DNA of 64,000 bases from positions 1-64,000 of IMG/VR virus record IMGVR_UViG_3300027747_000967, one strand, 5' to 3'. The translations under genes and the position numbers were made by a program. Positions 18,873 to 29,344 of this stretch are shown piece after piece (within the stretch, counting starts at the first letter, position 1; the number at the start of each line of letters is the position of its first letter). This DNA comes from a virus. The notes beneath the pieces are model-generated. The model was not told the origin of the DNA. It ran no database searches and was given only the letters and a program-made list of their open reading frames with translations.

Positions 18873-19513
18873 AAATTTTGATAATACTTCCCAAACAATC
18901 TAAACCCATTTGCCTTACGCTTTTGGTGTGCTTCCAAACCTGCGTAGTCAACTTTAATTTTACTTATATTTTCTTTCCAATCCTCAATGCCACTACTTTC
19001 TGAATGGTCAAAGAATTCATCTTCATCATCATCTTTGAGCTCTTGAGCAAATGCCCAAATCATTTCATCAAGAATATAATCCCAGCGTTTGAAATGATTA
19101 CCATCTGTATCGTAGTCATTCTCTTTTGGTCCTGCCATCCAACTTCTTAATTCTTTTGGCACATCATCATCATCTGTAAATGGGGCGCCATGCTTTGTTT
19201 CTTTTAATTGCACAAGCATCGGATGAATGATATATGATAAAGTTGAATCCATGCTCCATGTATCGTATCTATCAATCTTCACATAACGAATAGTTGGATG
19301 AATTACTTTACGGACTTTCTGTAATGCTTCACATAAAGGTGCTAAACGATTTACCCATGGTTCAACCCATTCAGGTCGTTCAATAAAATCTTTATCTTCA
19401 ACAATACCTTTATCACGATGGCACTTAGACCAATCTGTCCAAAAGAAGGCATAGTCCATAACTGTGTATGGACTCAACCAATGATTTGGATACCCATTAA
19501 AAAATATTTTCAT
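18863..19513 (-). CDS. Conserved phage hypothetical protein
   Basis: DTWSMDSTL..HGAP..RWDYILDEMIWAF..GFRLFGKYYQNLWD. Confidence 0.75.
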   Translation of the reverse strand: MKIFFNGYPNHWLSPYTVMDYAFFWTDWSKCHRDKGIVEDKDFIERPEWVEPWVNRLAPLCEALQKVRKVIHPTIRYVKIDRYDTWSMDSTLSYIIHPMLVQLKETKHGAPFTDDDDVPKELRSWMAGPKENDYDTDGNHFKRWDYILDEMIWAFAQELKDDDEDEFFDHSESSGIEDWKENISKIKVDYAGLEAHQKRKANGFRLFGKYYQNLWD

Positions 19514-19709
19514 TTTGTTTTCCTAAACTCAGCATTTTCACTGGCCAATATTTTTGACCACTTTTGACAACTTTTTAATCTAACTTCAAGTATTTTAATT
19601 TCTTCATCTTTTCTAGATAATTCGTTTTGATAATACAATCTCTCTTTAGTTTTATTGGCACGGTTATAGCCAATCGCATAACCAAATACTAATCCTATCA
19701 CAATCCATA

Positions 19710-20045
19710 TCATGCCGTCAACCATTTTTGTTTTTCCTTTAACATAATAGATTCAGCACCATCATATTCTTTAATATAGAATTCAGTACCAACAGGTAAC
19801 CAAAAAACAATTAAATCTTCAATAGCACTACAACTAATACCATAAGGCATATCATCTTCGTCAATGATACCCAATAACTCAGCAATTAAACCTTCTGTAA
19901 TTTCTTTATGTTGATTATTCTCAACCATTTCAACCAACTTTGGATGATATAGTAATTCTTCCATTTTATGCCAAGAATACCAACCTGCACCAAAACCTGA
20001 TGATACCAATACTGCTACTTTACCATCTTTAATTACTTTTTCCAT
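19710..20045 (-). CDS. Conserved phage hypothetical protein
   Basis: GKVAVLVSSGFGAGWYSW..EYDGAES. Confidence 0.7.
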   Translation of the reverse strand: MEKVIKDGKVAVLVSSGFGAGWYSWHKMEELLYHPKLVEMVENNQHKEITEGLIAELLGIIDEDDMPYGISCSAIEDLIVFWLPVGTEFYIKEYDGAESIMLKEKQKWLTA

Positions 20046-20647
20046 TATAAATCTTTCGCATTATCAATTAACATCTGCATCTTTTGTTGTCTATCAAGTA
20101 TATTGAAAAACAATCTCAACGTATTCAAAGCATCATCATCAGCACGATGCGGTGTTCCTTCAAACTTCATTTTATACGTTCCCATTGCAGACCTCAAGCC
20201 TCCTGCAGGTCTTTTACCATTTGCCAGTAGTCTCAACACATACCATGTCTTAACATCAATCCAGCGATGACCAAAATATGGAAAAGGAATGTTTTTATCT
20301 ACCATTTCTTTCTTCAATTCTACCGAGTCTCCGCCACCCCATGTAACAGGATTAACAAAAGGTTTATATTCTTTTATCAATGCTCCAAATTCTTCTGCAA
20401 ATACTTCATGTGTTACTGATTTATATAATACATCATTATCAGTAATACCAGTCAATTCGGTGATGAATGGATAGATTGGTTCATTAGGATTAAAGTACCA
20501 TTTCTTAGTAATGATTTTATTATCTACATAGTGATTCCAAGTTCCTATCGCAACACCAACCTGTATGATTGGTGGATTAGGCGTAGAATTATCTTGAGCA
20601 TTGTTTAACTCCAAGTCTAGTGCTAGATAATATTCAGTTACGTTCAT
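20045..20647 (-). CDS. DEDDh 3'-5' exonuclease
   Basis: ALDLE, ITELTGIT, TWGGGD, HRADDDA. Confidence 0.85.
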   Translation of the reverse strand: MNVTEYYLALDLELNNAQDNSTPNPPIIQVGVAIGTWNHYVDNKIITKKWYFNPNEPIYPFITELTGITDNDVLYKSVTHEVFAEEFGALIKEYKPFVNPVTWGGGDSVELKKEMVDKNIPFPYFGHRWIDVKTWYVLRLLANGKRPAGGLRSAMGTYKMKFEGTPHRADDDALNTLRLFFNILDRQQKMQMLIDNAKDL

Positions 20648-20892
20648 TTTTCAATTCCAAAAGTTTTTCTAATTACAAGAGCAGAATCCATTGATAACCA
20701 ATAAGCATGGTAATTAGCCTCTTTACTAAGTTCATAATTTTCAATAGTTTCTGCACGAAATTCAATTATGTCAACACATTCTTGCACAATCAGTTTAGCA
20801 AACTCCAATACTTCTGTTCTCTGAGATGAACTTGCTCTTTCAATACCAGCTTTTAAAGCTAATTCAATAATCTTTTCGTTCATCATTTTCAA
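20644..20892 (-). CDS. Small phage protein, paralog of 21467..21769
   Basis: MNEKIIELALKAG..EFAKLIVQEC..IRKTFG. Confidence 0.65.
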   Translation of the reverse strand: MKMMNEKIIELALKAGIERASSSQRTEVLEFAKLIVQECVDIIEFRAETIENYELSKEANYHAYWLSMDSALVIRKTFGIEK

Positions 20893-21466
20893 TTCTTTTA
20901 ATTTTAATCATTTGGCCATTCATAAACAATGCTTTGTATTCATGCCAAATATTATATCCATCAACACGATAAAAATAAATTGTACCATCAAAATCATCAC
21001 AACGAACCCAATGATGATTAGAAGTTTTCATATGACCACCAAGCCAGAATTTATAAAACGGGTCAGGTTCATTAACCCATTCAGAATCATATTCTTCTAA
21101 CCAAAGATATGGTAAACCAGAATCTTGGTCAACTTCAATCTTATAGTTTTCACAAAATTGTCTAGGCGTATCTTTGGTTTGATATTCATCACCTTGATAT
21201 TTTATGGTATCAAACATTCCCATTTTTTTGTCCTTTCGTTTCAAAACCGCAATTATAACCTGCTTGATGTTCCCATGTCAATAATCCTGCTCGTGGTGAA
21301 GATGGATTAACACATACACCCCAATCGCTATCTATTGCTTGCCAATGAATACAACCACTAGAACAATCAGGATAAGATTCATCTGGTTTTTCCCAACGCT
21401 CTATTTCACCACCATAATCTTTGTAATCACTTGGTAATCTTTTTAGAACCAGCCACAAAGAATCAT

Positions 21467-21769
21467 TCATTCTTTAATCCTAAAATGTTCTTTAATTGCG
21501 TTACCGACACCAAGTGTAACACCTTCAACCTCTGAATTATGTTCATCGGCAATTTCAGCACATTCCGCCACAATCAATTGGGCGAACTTTTGTATATCAT
21601 GATTCCATAACATGAGTGTAGACCCAGGCATCAAATCATTTGTGTCTAAAAACATTCCGGCTTGTAGAGCCAGAGTTTTAATTCGTTCTGTCATTCCGCA
21701 CTTTAGAGCCTGTTCGTTAATCCATTGTTGTTCACGATGTTCTTCTTCTTTAATTTGTTGTTCGTTCAT
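21467..21769 (-). CDS. Small phage protein, paralog of 20644..20892
   Basis: MTERIKTLALQAG..KFAQLIVAEC..IKEHF. Confidence 0.65.
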   Translation of the reverse strand: MNEQQIKEEEHREQQWINEQALKCGMTERIKTLALQAGMFLDTNDLMPGSTLMLWNHDIQKFAQLIVAECAEIADEHNSEVEGVTLGVGNAIKEHFRIKE

Positions 21770-21780
21770 TTCTTTTCCTT

Positions 21781-21996
21781 TTACAAAGATACTTCTTTTA
21801 ACTTTTTGTTTTCTCTAAAAATGTCATCAAGTTTTAAACCATTACATTTTGCAATCATTGTTGTATCACCTTCTTTAATGATACACATGGGTTCTTGTTT
21901 TGGTAATGTACCTAATGCTTGTAGATATAATGGACTAGGACCACGATTTGCACAACCGACTAATGTTACCGCTAATAATAAACTAATTAATTTCAT
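21781..21996 (-). CDS. Predicted lipoprotein
   Basis: Signal peptide with LVGC lipobox. Confidence 0.6.
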   Translation of the reverse strand: MKLISLLLAVTLVGCANRGPSPLYLQALGTLPKQEPMCIIKEGDTTMIAKCNGLKLDDIFRENKKLKEVSL

Positions 21997-22381
21997 AATT
22001 TCTTTTCTTTGTAAATTCTTCAGCCTGTTCTAATGTACCAACTTTATAACCTTTATCAGAATGAATCTCAGCACCCTCTAGTATGTTTACTATCTCAATA
22101 GTAGCATTTGCTTGCAATGCTTTCTTCTGCATATTCATTAGTATGCCTGAAGTATAACCACTCATACCTTCAGCACCTTTGATACAAGTATAAATGCTAC
22201 CTGATTCATTATGCACTTCATAAAACTTTTCGTGTTCTACTATCTTTGTAATACCTGAGCTGAAGCGCCAATGGTCAGTACCTGCGTATCCGCCATACCA
22301 ACTACCTAACACTTTGCGAATCTTGCCATGCTCAGAATTCATTTCTGCTATGACCCAACGGTCTGGTGTATATTCACTCAT
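21983..22381 (-). CDS. Conserved phage hypothetical protein
   Basis: YTPDRWV..KVLGSWYGGY..WRFSSGI..SGSIYTC. Confidence 0.7.
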   Translation of the reverse strand: MSEYTPDRWVIAEMNSEHGKIRKVLGSWYGGYAGTDHWRFSSGITKIVEHEKFYEVHNESGSIYTCIKGAEGMSGYTSGILMNMQKKALQANATIEIVNILEGAEIHSDKGYKVGTLEQAEEFTKKRNYEIN

Positions 22382-22463
22382 TTATCAATCCTTAGTAATA
22401 ACATCAACAATAACCGTAGCGGAATAATTTGATACAAATGTATTATATTGCATTTTAAGAGTA

Positions 22464-22529
22464 CCGACTGCACTCCATCTAGGATCTCTTTCTAATCCGA
22501 CTGCACTCCATCTAGAATCTCTTTCTAAT
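22464..22529. repeat. 33-bp in-frame tandem duplication in ORF 22385..22603
   Basis: ccgactgcactccatctag(g/a)atctctttctaat x2, one mismatch. Confidence 0.9.
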
Positions 22530-22604
22530 TCAAAGTATTCTACATTAGTTTCATAACAAATTTTTTCTATTTCTTTTAATTCTTTTAAACTTAATTTAAT
22601 CATA

Positions 22605-23495
22605 TCAAATCTCCATATATTTCAATTCAAACTCTTTTGCTCTTTGTTCATATTTCACATAACCACGAGGATTACAAACCACTCTCGTATCACCCATCAT
22701 GTAATCTGATACATTATGCATATGTCCGTGAGTCCAAATTTTAATCTGTGGTCTATCCATAATAAACTCTGATAAGTCACTATGAAACCCACCATTCATC
22801 AATGTATCTTCTTTATACCATTCAGCAATACTCAATGGTGTTGGTGCATGATGTGTTACTGCCACATAACTTTTTGACTTATCCTGCGTCACAATGTTAA
22901 TGTAGTCTAACATTTTCTTGTGGTCAGCAACTGCATCATCGGTACTCCATGTAGCAATTTCTTCCTTGAATTTATAAGAATCAAGAATCATTGAACCTTT
23001 TTCATCAAGCACATATTTACCATCGTCATCTTTCTTATACAATGGAACTTTTCTGCTTAACATGCGATTACTATTTTTGATGCATTGAAAATCATTCATG
23101 CCTCTACCAACGTGCCACATTGTCAATGAATCTTCTTTGTTCATATTAGTCCACAATGTACCACCAACGAATGTAACATCATTGTGTATCCATGTTTCTT
23201 TTTCTAACAAGTGAACATTAGGCCAAATACTTAATTGGCATTTTAATGTTTCTTCAGTCTTAGCAATATCAAAATCATAATGCTCATGATTACCCATCAC
23301 ATAAACAACATGAGGGAATTGGAATGCTACACGGCTGAAAAATTCCAAAACAGTTTTTCTGGCATAACCACCTTTTTTGAATACTTTAGCCGTGCAAATA
23401 TCTCCGCTGAGGATTAATACCTCTGCGTTTTGTTCATTCTTTAAGATAAGGTCCCCAAATTCAAGGTGCACATCACTTGCTAATGCTATTTTCAT
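22605..23495 (-). CDS. Calcineurin-like metallophosphoesterase
   Basis: SDVHLE, LSGD, GNHEHY, THHAP, HGHMH, NPRGY. Confidence 0.9.
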   Translation of the reverse strand: MKIALASDVHLEFGDLILKNEQNAEVLILSGDICTAKVFKKGGYARKTVLEFFSRVAFQFPHVVYVMGNHEHYDFDIAKTEETLKCQLSIWPNVHLLEKETWIHNDVTFVGGTLWTNMNKEDSLTMWHVGRGMNDFQCIKNSNRMLSRKVPLYKKDDDGKYVLDEKGSMILDSYKFKEEIATWSTDDAVADHKKMLDYINIVTQDKSKSYVAVTHHAPTPLSIAEWYKEDTLMNGGFHSDLSEFIMDRPQIKIWTHGHMHNVSDYMMGDTRVVCNPRGYVKYEQRAKEFELKYMEI

Positions 23496-23883
23496 TTTTT
23501 ATTTGCTCACTATGTTTACATTTATTTCTATATCCATAACCTACACAATTGCAGCTATACTTGCCTGCAATCAATTCAACCGTATATATTTTACCTGAAT
23601 CCGATTTGACTTGCCATTGTGGATTATTTGATTTCTCAATCACTTCTTCAGCTTGAAATTTCTTTGCTAATGCATCTAATGCTTTATGTTTAACTTTTTC
23701 AAATTTACGGCGTGTCGTGCTGACTTTTAAGGGTTTCTTAAATACTACAACTTCTTTACTGCCAGCTATTTCATATGCCAAAATATTTGATTTACCGTCA
23801 AACAAATAAGTATGATTCGGTACCAGATATTCACTATCCGACCAATCTGTAATTTCACGATATGCACTTATACCCATAATCAT
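23473..23883 (-). CDS. SWIM zinc-finger protein (start probably 23883 or 23877)
   Basis: VKSDSGKIYTV..CNC.GY.YR..CKH; AAGGA RBS near 23885. Confidence 0.7.
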   Translation of the reverse strand: MIMGISAYREITDWSDSEYLVPNHTYLFDGKSNILAYEIAGSKEVVVFKKPLKVSTTRRKFEKVKHKALDALAKKFQAEEVIEKSNNPQWQVKSDSGKIYTVELIAGKYSCNCVGYGYRNKCKHSEQIKNENSISK

Positions 23884-24020
23884 CCTTATATTAAAATATT
23901 GCCAGTTTTTTCTTTTTGAAGTTAGTAAAAACTGAGCCAAAAAACATTAACTCGCCTTTGTTTACAGAACTCAAGGTGCCTGAAGGAACGCCCTTGTCCC
24001 TTTAACCTTACTACACAACC

Positions 24021-24081
24021 ATTTTAACGGAAATACAGAAAAAAGTCAAGCATAATCCGCAATTTGTTGTAAAAAAACAAC
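24021..24081 (-). promoter_or_regulatory. Early promoter with palindromic box
   Basis: TTGACT-17-TAAAAT; GTTGT-N6-ACAAC at 24066-24081. Confidence 0.75.
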
Positions 24082-24345
24082 GCTTTCCTACGCAATAGGA
24101 GCGTCTAGGACGCCATCGGTAGGACTTGTCATAGATGATTCAACCACATCCATAAATCTGTCCACCATCTTATCCAAGAGAGGGATAGCATCATGGTCTG
24201 GATACTCATCTTTAGTAATTGCATATAACCTAGCGGCAATCATTGCAATTACGGAAATTGTAGTAATATCATGTTTGTATGAAATCTCAAAAATAAAATT
24301 ATCTAATTCTTCCGCAACTTGTTGAATTTTTTCGTTTTGCATATT

Positions 24346-24663
24346 TTACCAGTTTTCACAAGAAACAGAAACAGGAATTTTTAAACTACCTGAATCGGTA
24401 CGAATATTTAGGTAATTGATTTTAGGTTTCATTTGAACGGAAATACATTGTCTTGCGCCTGATACAACTTCCGAATTGTCTAAAGCTTCAGGTCCTTCAT
24501 AGTTACGCAACTCATAAATTGGTCGGGTATCTTCATAAGTTTTTTTGATGCGAGCAACTGTTTCAGGATTTTTTATTTGTATAACAGCTGGCGGTGGTTC
24601 TTTTGAAGCACAACCAATTAAACCTACTGATACTAATAATGCAACTAATAATTTTGATTTCAT
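24346..24663 (-). CDS. Predicted lipoprotein
   Basis: MKSKLLVALLVSVGLIGC lipobox. Confidence 0.65.
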   Translation of the reverse strand: MKSKLLVALLVSVGLIGCASKEPPPAVIQIKNPETVARIKKTYEDTRPIYELRNYEGPEALDNSEVVSGARQCISVQMKPKINYLNIRTDSGSLKIPVSVSCENW

Positions 24664-24882
24664 TTCACTACTCCTTTATAATTAATTTGCCGATTCCAAT
24701 ATAATCTTCCACGGCATTTTTGATTTGTTTGTCGGTTGATTTGGGTGGCACAAAAACATAATCGTATTTTTCATCCACACCTTTGTCACTCAAAACAGTA
24801 TTTAGATATAACACGGCATCTTTAGCATTATCAAACTCTTTAAGACCTTTATTATTGAATAAAGAAGGTTTAGCAGTGTAAA

Positions 24883-25723
24883 TCATTTCTCACTCGCTTT
24901 TTCAATCAATTGGTATTTAAGGTCTTGATTTGCTTGGCGTAAATCATTGATAATAGATTCTAAATATTTAACGTGTATTCTTAAAGCTTCAACTTCAGCT
25001 TTCATTGTTGAAAGTGCATCAATCATGATAACTCCGAAATATATTGATAAACATAAACAATACCTTCAATTAGTAAATAACTAAAAGCACCCAATAAAAC
25101 ATAACCACATAATTCTTCAATTCTTTCTCTTTTCATTTCTCACTCGCTTTCTTTGTTGTGATAACAGGCACCATTTCTGTTGCTTCTAATAACTGCCGTC
25201 TTAATGCGGAACACTCATCATTCACCATTGTGTTCTCACGCACAATTGGCATGATTGCGCCTTCAAATAAATCCCACAACTTATTAAATTTCAATTCATA
25301 CATCTGGCGGAGTCCACTTAGAATATCACACGCTTGGGTTGGATCCAAATCGCCATCTATAATACCATCATGCACATCTCTGATATCATCGGTAACTCTC
25401 CAACATTGAAGAATTTGTTGCTCAAAATCAAAGCGGTCTACATTATCGTTTGCCATAATTTTCCATCCATTCTTTTAAAATTGCTCTTGCTTCGCTTCTA
25501 GTTAAGTCAAATGCTTCTTGTAAATAAGGAGCTGCACCAAACATATTGGTAACTCCTGATTCTCTTAAAACATCCAAATAATCAAAATATTCTGCTTTTT
25601 CTAATACAGTCATTTCTCACCCCCATTTTTTAATTAAATACATCATGCCACCAACTAAAAGTAAAAAGCAGGCAACAATACCAAACAAACCAATTACAAA
25701 TTCAATCATTTCTCACTCTCTTT
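24883..25723 (-). repeat. Four copies of a gene-junction motif (GAGTGAGAAATGA-like)
   Basis: tcatttctcactcgcttt identical at 24883 and 25133; variants at 25610 and 25706. Confidence 0.8.
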
Positions 25724-26044
25724 CATTTTAATGTTGCAATTAAACCAATGTTTGCTACAGTATAACCAAAATATACAATCGCCATTGGTGTGTTTCCACT
25801 AAAATACTGCTGAACGCAAACATACAAATAAATGATACTTACCAATATAATCAATGGCGTGCTCATAACTTATTTTCCTTTTTTAAATGTTCATTATGTA
25901 ATCGTAATGCTTCAGGACTTAAATGCAACACATAATCAGGTGAACCATAACTGAAATATGAATGGCTCGTATGCGTATTAATGTGTTGTGTATTTGCATG
26001 ATGATACATTCTATCACGGTAAATATGTGCTAATGATTCTATTC

Positions 26045-26716
26045 TCATGCTCTTAGTTTAATCTCCACATTCGTTACTGAATCCCAACGGAAACTCCGCC
26101 AGCCTTGTGCTTCTATATCATAAACAGGCAATACATCATCTGAGATTGCTTTAGTTTTCTTTGTTTCTTCTTTTACAACTTGTGGTACAACCTTGCGGTC
26201 AAGTGTGCATTTCATTACACGCTCTGTACCATCATTCTTAGTAAATGTAATGGTCGCAACACCATCATTCAATATAGATTTCAACCAATCTTTGCCTTGT
26301 TGCGTATCAAATGCATGATTAGGTTCATTAGATTCTTTCACAGTTCGTTCTTCAGAACAATACTCTTTTAATTCTGGCCATGAACCATTAAAGATTTCTT
26401 TCTTTGAAGCACTATCATATCTTGTTTCATATATTTCAACTTGATTTTCTGAAACATGATATTCATATTCTTGTCCACAATCGGTAGAATCCGTAGGGTA
26501 AATATAAAAACCACCAATGCTTTGTTTAAAGTGTGCAATCATTGATGCAGCTAAACAACCCATGCCATTATTTTCAGTTTTAAGTAAAAACTCTGCCAAT
26601 TCGGCACCGTGGCCGGTTGGATAACCATCAAACTGGCGATACATACAAACTAGTTTAGGTGTTGCTTCACCTGGATATCCATCTTCATAGACAAATGTTA
26701 AACTTCTCGTTCCCAT
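26045..26716 (-). CDS. Two-domain protein with C-terminal WYL_2/Sm-like domain
   Basis: N: MGTRSL..YRQFDGYP.GHG; C: ITFTKNDGTERVMKCTL..VYDIE..GWRSFR. Confidence 0.65.
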   Translation of the reverse strand: MGTRSLTFVYEDGYPGEATPKLVCMYRQFDGYPTGHGAELAEFLLKTENNGMGCLAASMIAHFKQSIGGFYIYPTDSTDCGQEYEYHVSENQVEIYETRYDSASKKEIFNGSWPELKEYCSEERTVKESNEPNHAFDTQQGKDWLKSILNDGVATITFTKNDGTERVMKCTLDRKVVPQVVKEETKKTKAISDDVLPVYDIEAQGWRSFRWDSVTNVEIKLRA

Positions 26717-26735
26717 AATATTTTCCTTTTCTAAA

Positions 26736-27638
26736 TTAACCTGCTATTGCATATGTTGCTAAATCTTTCCAGTTATTATTTGGATTAGATTTACGAATTT
26801 TTACAACTTGAATCAATGTGCGTAAAGATAACTCTTTTACTTCATCACGAATAGATGCAATTAAGTCTAATGCATCAGTCTTAAACTGTTTGTCAAAGTC
26901 AGGCATAAAGTCAGCTTCAGTAGCAATATGACGCATGCGTTCTACTTTCTGCTCAGTAGTCATAGTCAAATCCACAACCATAGAACGAGTAAGAATTGCT
27001 TGGTCTAATGATGATGATGAAAGATTAGAAATGAATACAACACGACCTTTAAATTCAAATGATTGTGGCAATTCGTCATCTTTCATATCAGCACGCCATG
27101 AGATGATACGCTTCGAATAACTATCTAATGCACCTTTGAGTAAGTTTAATGATACTGCATCTTTCAATACTGAATCGCAATCATCAAAAATGATGGTTGA
27201 TTTACGATTCTCATATAATGTTCTATATAAACCTTTTGGTGTTGAATAACCTTTGATTGTAACAAATGCATTCTTTGGAACTTCTGCGCCAATTTCAAAA
27301 TCATCTAACACGGACATATCTTTAAGTCCGAATGTAGTTAATGCTTTTGTTACTGTATGAGATTTTCCAAGACCACCAGGTCCTGTTACAACAACGGATG
27401 GTTGGTCGCCTTTTGCTAACATTGTAACCATGTCAGTAAGAAAACCAAAGCGTTGATTAATTGTAAATTTAGACTGCGTAGGTTTGCACTCCGCAACGGA
27501 TGGAAGGCCTGCTTTACGCAAAGTATATTCCATGTGTTGCAGTTTAGTGCGATAAACTTTCTTGCCATTGATAACTGCTGTATAACGACCGTTTTCTACT
27601 GTAATATTTGGATTCATAATCTGCCTTTGTTTAATCAT
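26736..27638 (-). CDS. P-loop AAA-like ATPase
   Basis: GPGGLGKS, IIFDDCDS, FEFKGRVVFISN, SRS. Confidence 0.8.
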   Translation of the reverse strand: MIKQRQIMNPNITVENGRYTAVINGKKVYRTKLQHMEYTLRKAGLPSVAECKPTQSKFTINQRFGFLTDMVTMLAKGDQPSVVVTGPGGLGKSHTVTKALTTFGLKDMSVLDDFEIGAEVPKNAFVTIKGYSTPKGLYRTLYENRKSTIIFDDCDSVLKDAVSLNLLKGALDSYSKRIISWRADMKDDELPQSFEFKGRVVFISNLSSSSLDQAILTRSMVVDLTMTTEQKVERMRHIATEADFMPDFDKQFKTDALDLIASIRDEVKELSLRTLIQVVKIRKSNPNNNWKDLATYAIAG

Positions 27639-27649
27639 TTAATACGACC

Positions 27650-27724
27650 ATTCTACAGGTTCCACGGAGAAAATCAAGCACTTTTTGCGGTTGTTGTATA
27701 GAAACAACGTTGTATTTTTACAAC
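27650..27724 (-). promoter_or_regulatory. Early promoter with two tandem palindromic boxes
   Basis: TTGATT-16-TAGAAT; GTTGT-N6-ACAAC at 27693-27708 and 27709-27724. Confidence 0.7.
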
Positions 27725-27737
27725 ACTTTTTTAAGAT

Positions 27738-27763
27738 AAAAAAAACCAAGGCCGAAGCCTTGG
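27738..27763 (-). terminator. Intrinsic terminator with cUUCGg tetraloop
   Basis: CCAAGGC-UUCG-GCCUUGG followed by a U8 run. Confidence 0.9.
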
Positions 27764-27785
27764 CGCAAATCCCATCATGGGAGAG

Positions 27786-28130
27786 TTAAACTGTTACTGG
27801 TTCACTAGGAACTGCGGTGGACGCAACTGGTGATACAGGAGTAGCTACAGGAGTCACTTGTTTGCCAATGTAACGACCATTAGCATCAAACTCTGTAAAG
27901 TTAACCAATTGGTATGCTTTTACTTTCTTGCCATCTTTGATAACTTTCACAATACCACCATCTTTACGGATATTGTAAATGTTTGTTGATAGGCGATATA
28001 ATACTGCCTCTTGGTCTGTGCCTTGAAATACTGTTGCAATTTCACTAGGACTCACAGGTTTGCCAGATAATAAAACTTGTGTGATTTTCTCGTGGCGATT
28101 GATTTTGCCTTTTCTTACTGTTAATGTCAT
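27786..28130 (-). CDS. Putative winged-helix DNA-binding protein, monocistronic
   Basis: LLSGKPVSPSEIA..RLSTNIYNIRKDG..KVKAYQLVN; own promoter and terminator. Confidence 0.55.
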   Translation of the reverse strand: MTLTVRKGKINRHEKITQVLLSGKPVSPSEIATVFQGTDQEAVLYRLSTNIYNIRKDGGIVKVIKDGKKVKAYQLVNFTEFDANGRYIGKQVTPVATPVSPVASTAVPSEPVTV

Positions 28131-28184
28131 AATATATTTCCTTTATATTTAATTTAAATAATACATTTCACTACTACACCAACC

Positions 28185-28213
28185 ATTATACAGACTTTTG
28201 GTTGGTTTGTCAA
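28185..28213 (-). promoter_or_regulatory. Consensus sigma70 promoter
   Basis: TTGACA-17-TATAAT-GGTT. Confidence 0.8.
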
Positions 28214-29344
28214 GCGGTATTAGGTTGTTTACCACTTCAACAATCGGGGTCGAATGAATGCCATTCTTCCTGTTCGGATGGTTGTCCATCGTCCTCATCT
28301 TCCGATTCATTATAAACTTCCAAATATATTGCCTTGATTTTTAAATCTGGATATTTTTCTTCAAAATCTTCTTTGGCAATATACATATCTTCCGCCACAA
28401 AATGGTAATTACTACCATCATTTGCTTCTATCATATATTGTCTAGGGTAATCAGCATCTTCCCAACTCATTCGTCATCTCCTGGTGCAAAAATTGTTAAT
28501 GCAACCAAAATACCAACTAAAATACTTATAATAATAATTAAATAATGTTGAATCATACATACTCACTTTCTATAATATTCCAGCCTTCCGCACGTAATTT
28601 AGCACGGCCTTCTGGTGTTTCTTTCATTTTATTCATAACTCCATGGATAACTTCAATTCGTTCAACCAACCAATCACGGTTAACCCATTGTTCATTGGTT
28701 GCAAAACGAGGACGATATCCATAAAAGTCTTTATGAAAATCAGAGAAATAACTCTGTAATTCATCTAAACTCATACTATCAAATGTATTCATACTAATTA
28801 AGTCCTTCTGGTAATTGTTTTGAATCTAATACTGAAACACTAAAATCTTTATCACTTGCCATTTCCAACCAACGCCATAAATCTTGTTTTCCTTTCGGAC
28901 CACGCTGGGTTGGTTCAATCAAAATCCATTGGCCTACGACCGATGAAAAATTAACCTTTTCTTCCGTTTTAACAATTTGCCAGATATCCGTCTTTGCTTC
29001 ACGAATACGGTTTTTGCCTTTTGTGGTTTTAGGTGTTAATCTAACGAATGTCTGCGTCTGCATTTTTCCATTGCTCGTCTAAAAGTTTATCTTTTAATTC
29101 TTTAATTTCATCTTCAAGTTTAATACATTCTCTGCGTTCAGCAAATAAGTCATCGGTAAGACTTACAATACCATCACGCATTTTATCAATCTTTTTTTGT
29201 TGCTGTTCGTTAATATCTAATTGTTTGGTGTATAACTGCCATAAATCTTCCAATCTTTCTTTTGATTCTTTATTTTCTGCATGAAGTCTACGAATTGCTT
29301 CTGCGGCATCTGCCATGTATTGCATAATTTCTTCTGCGTTCATA

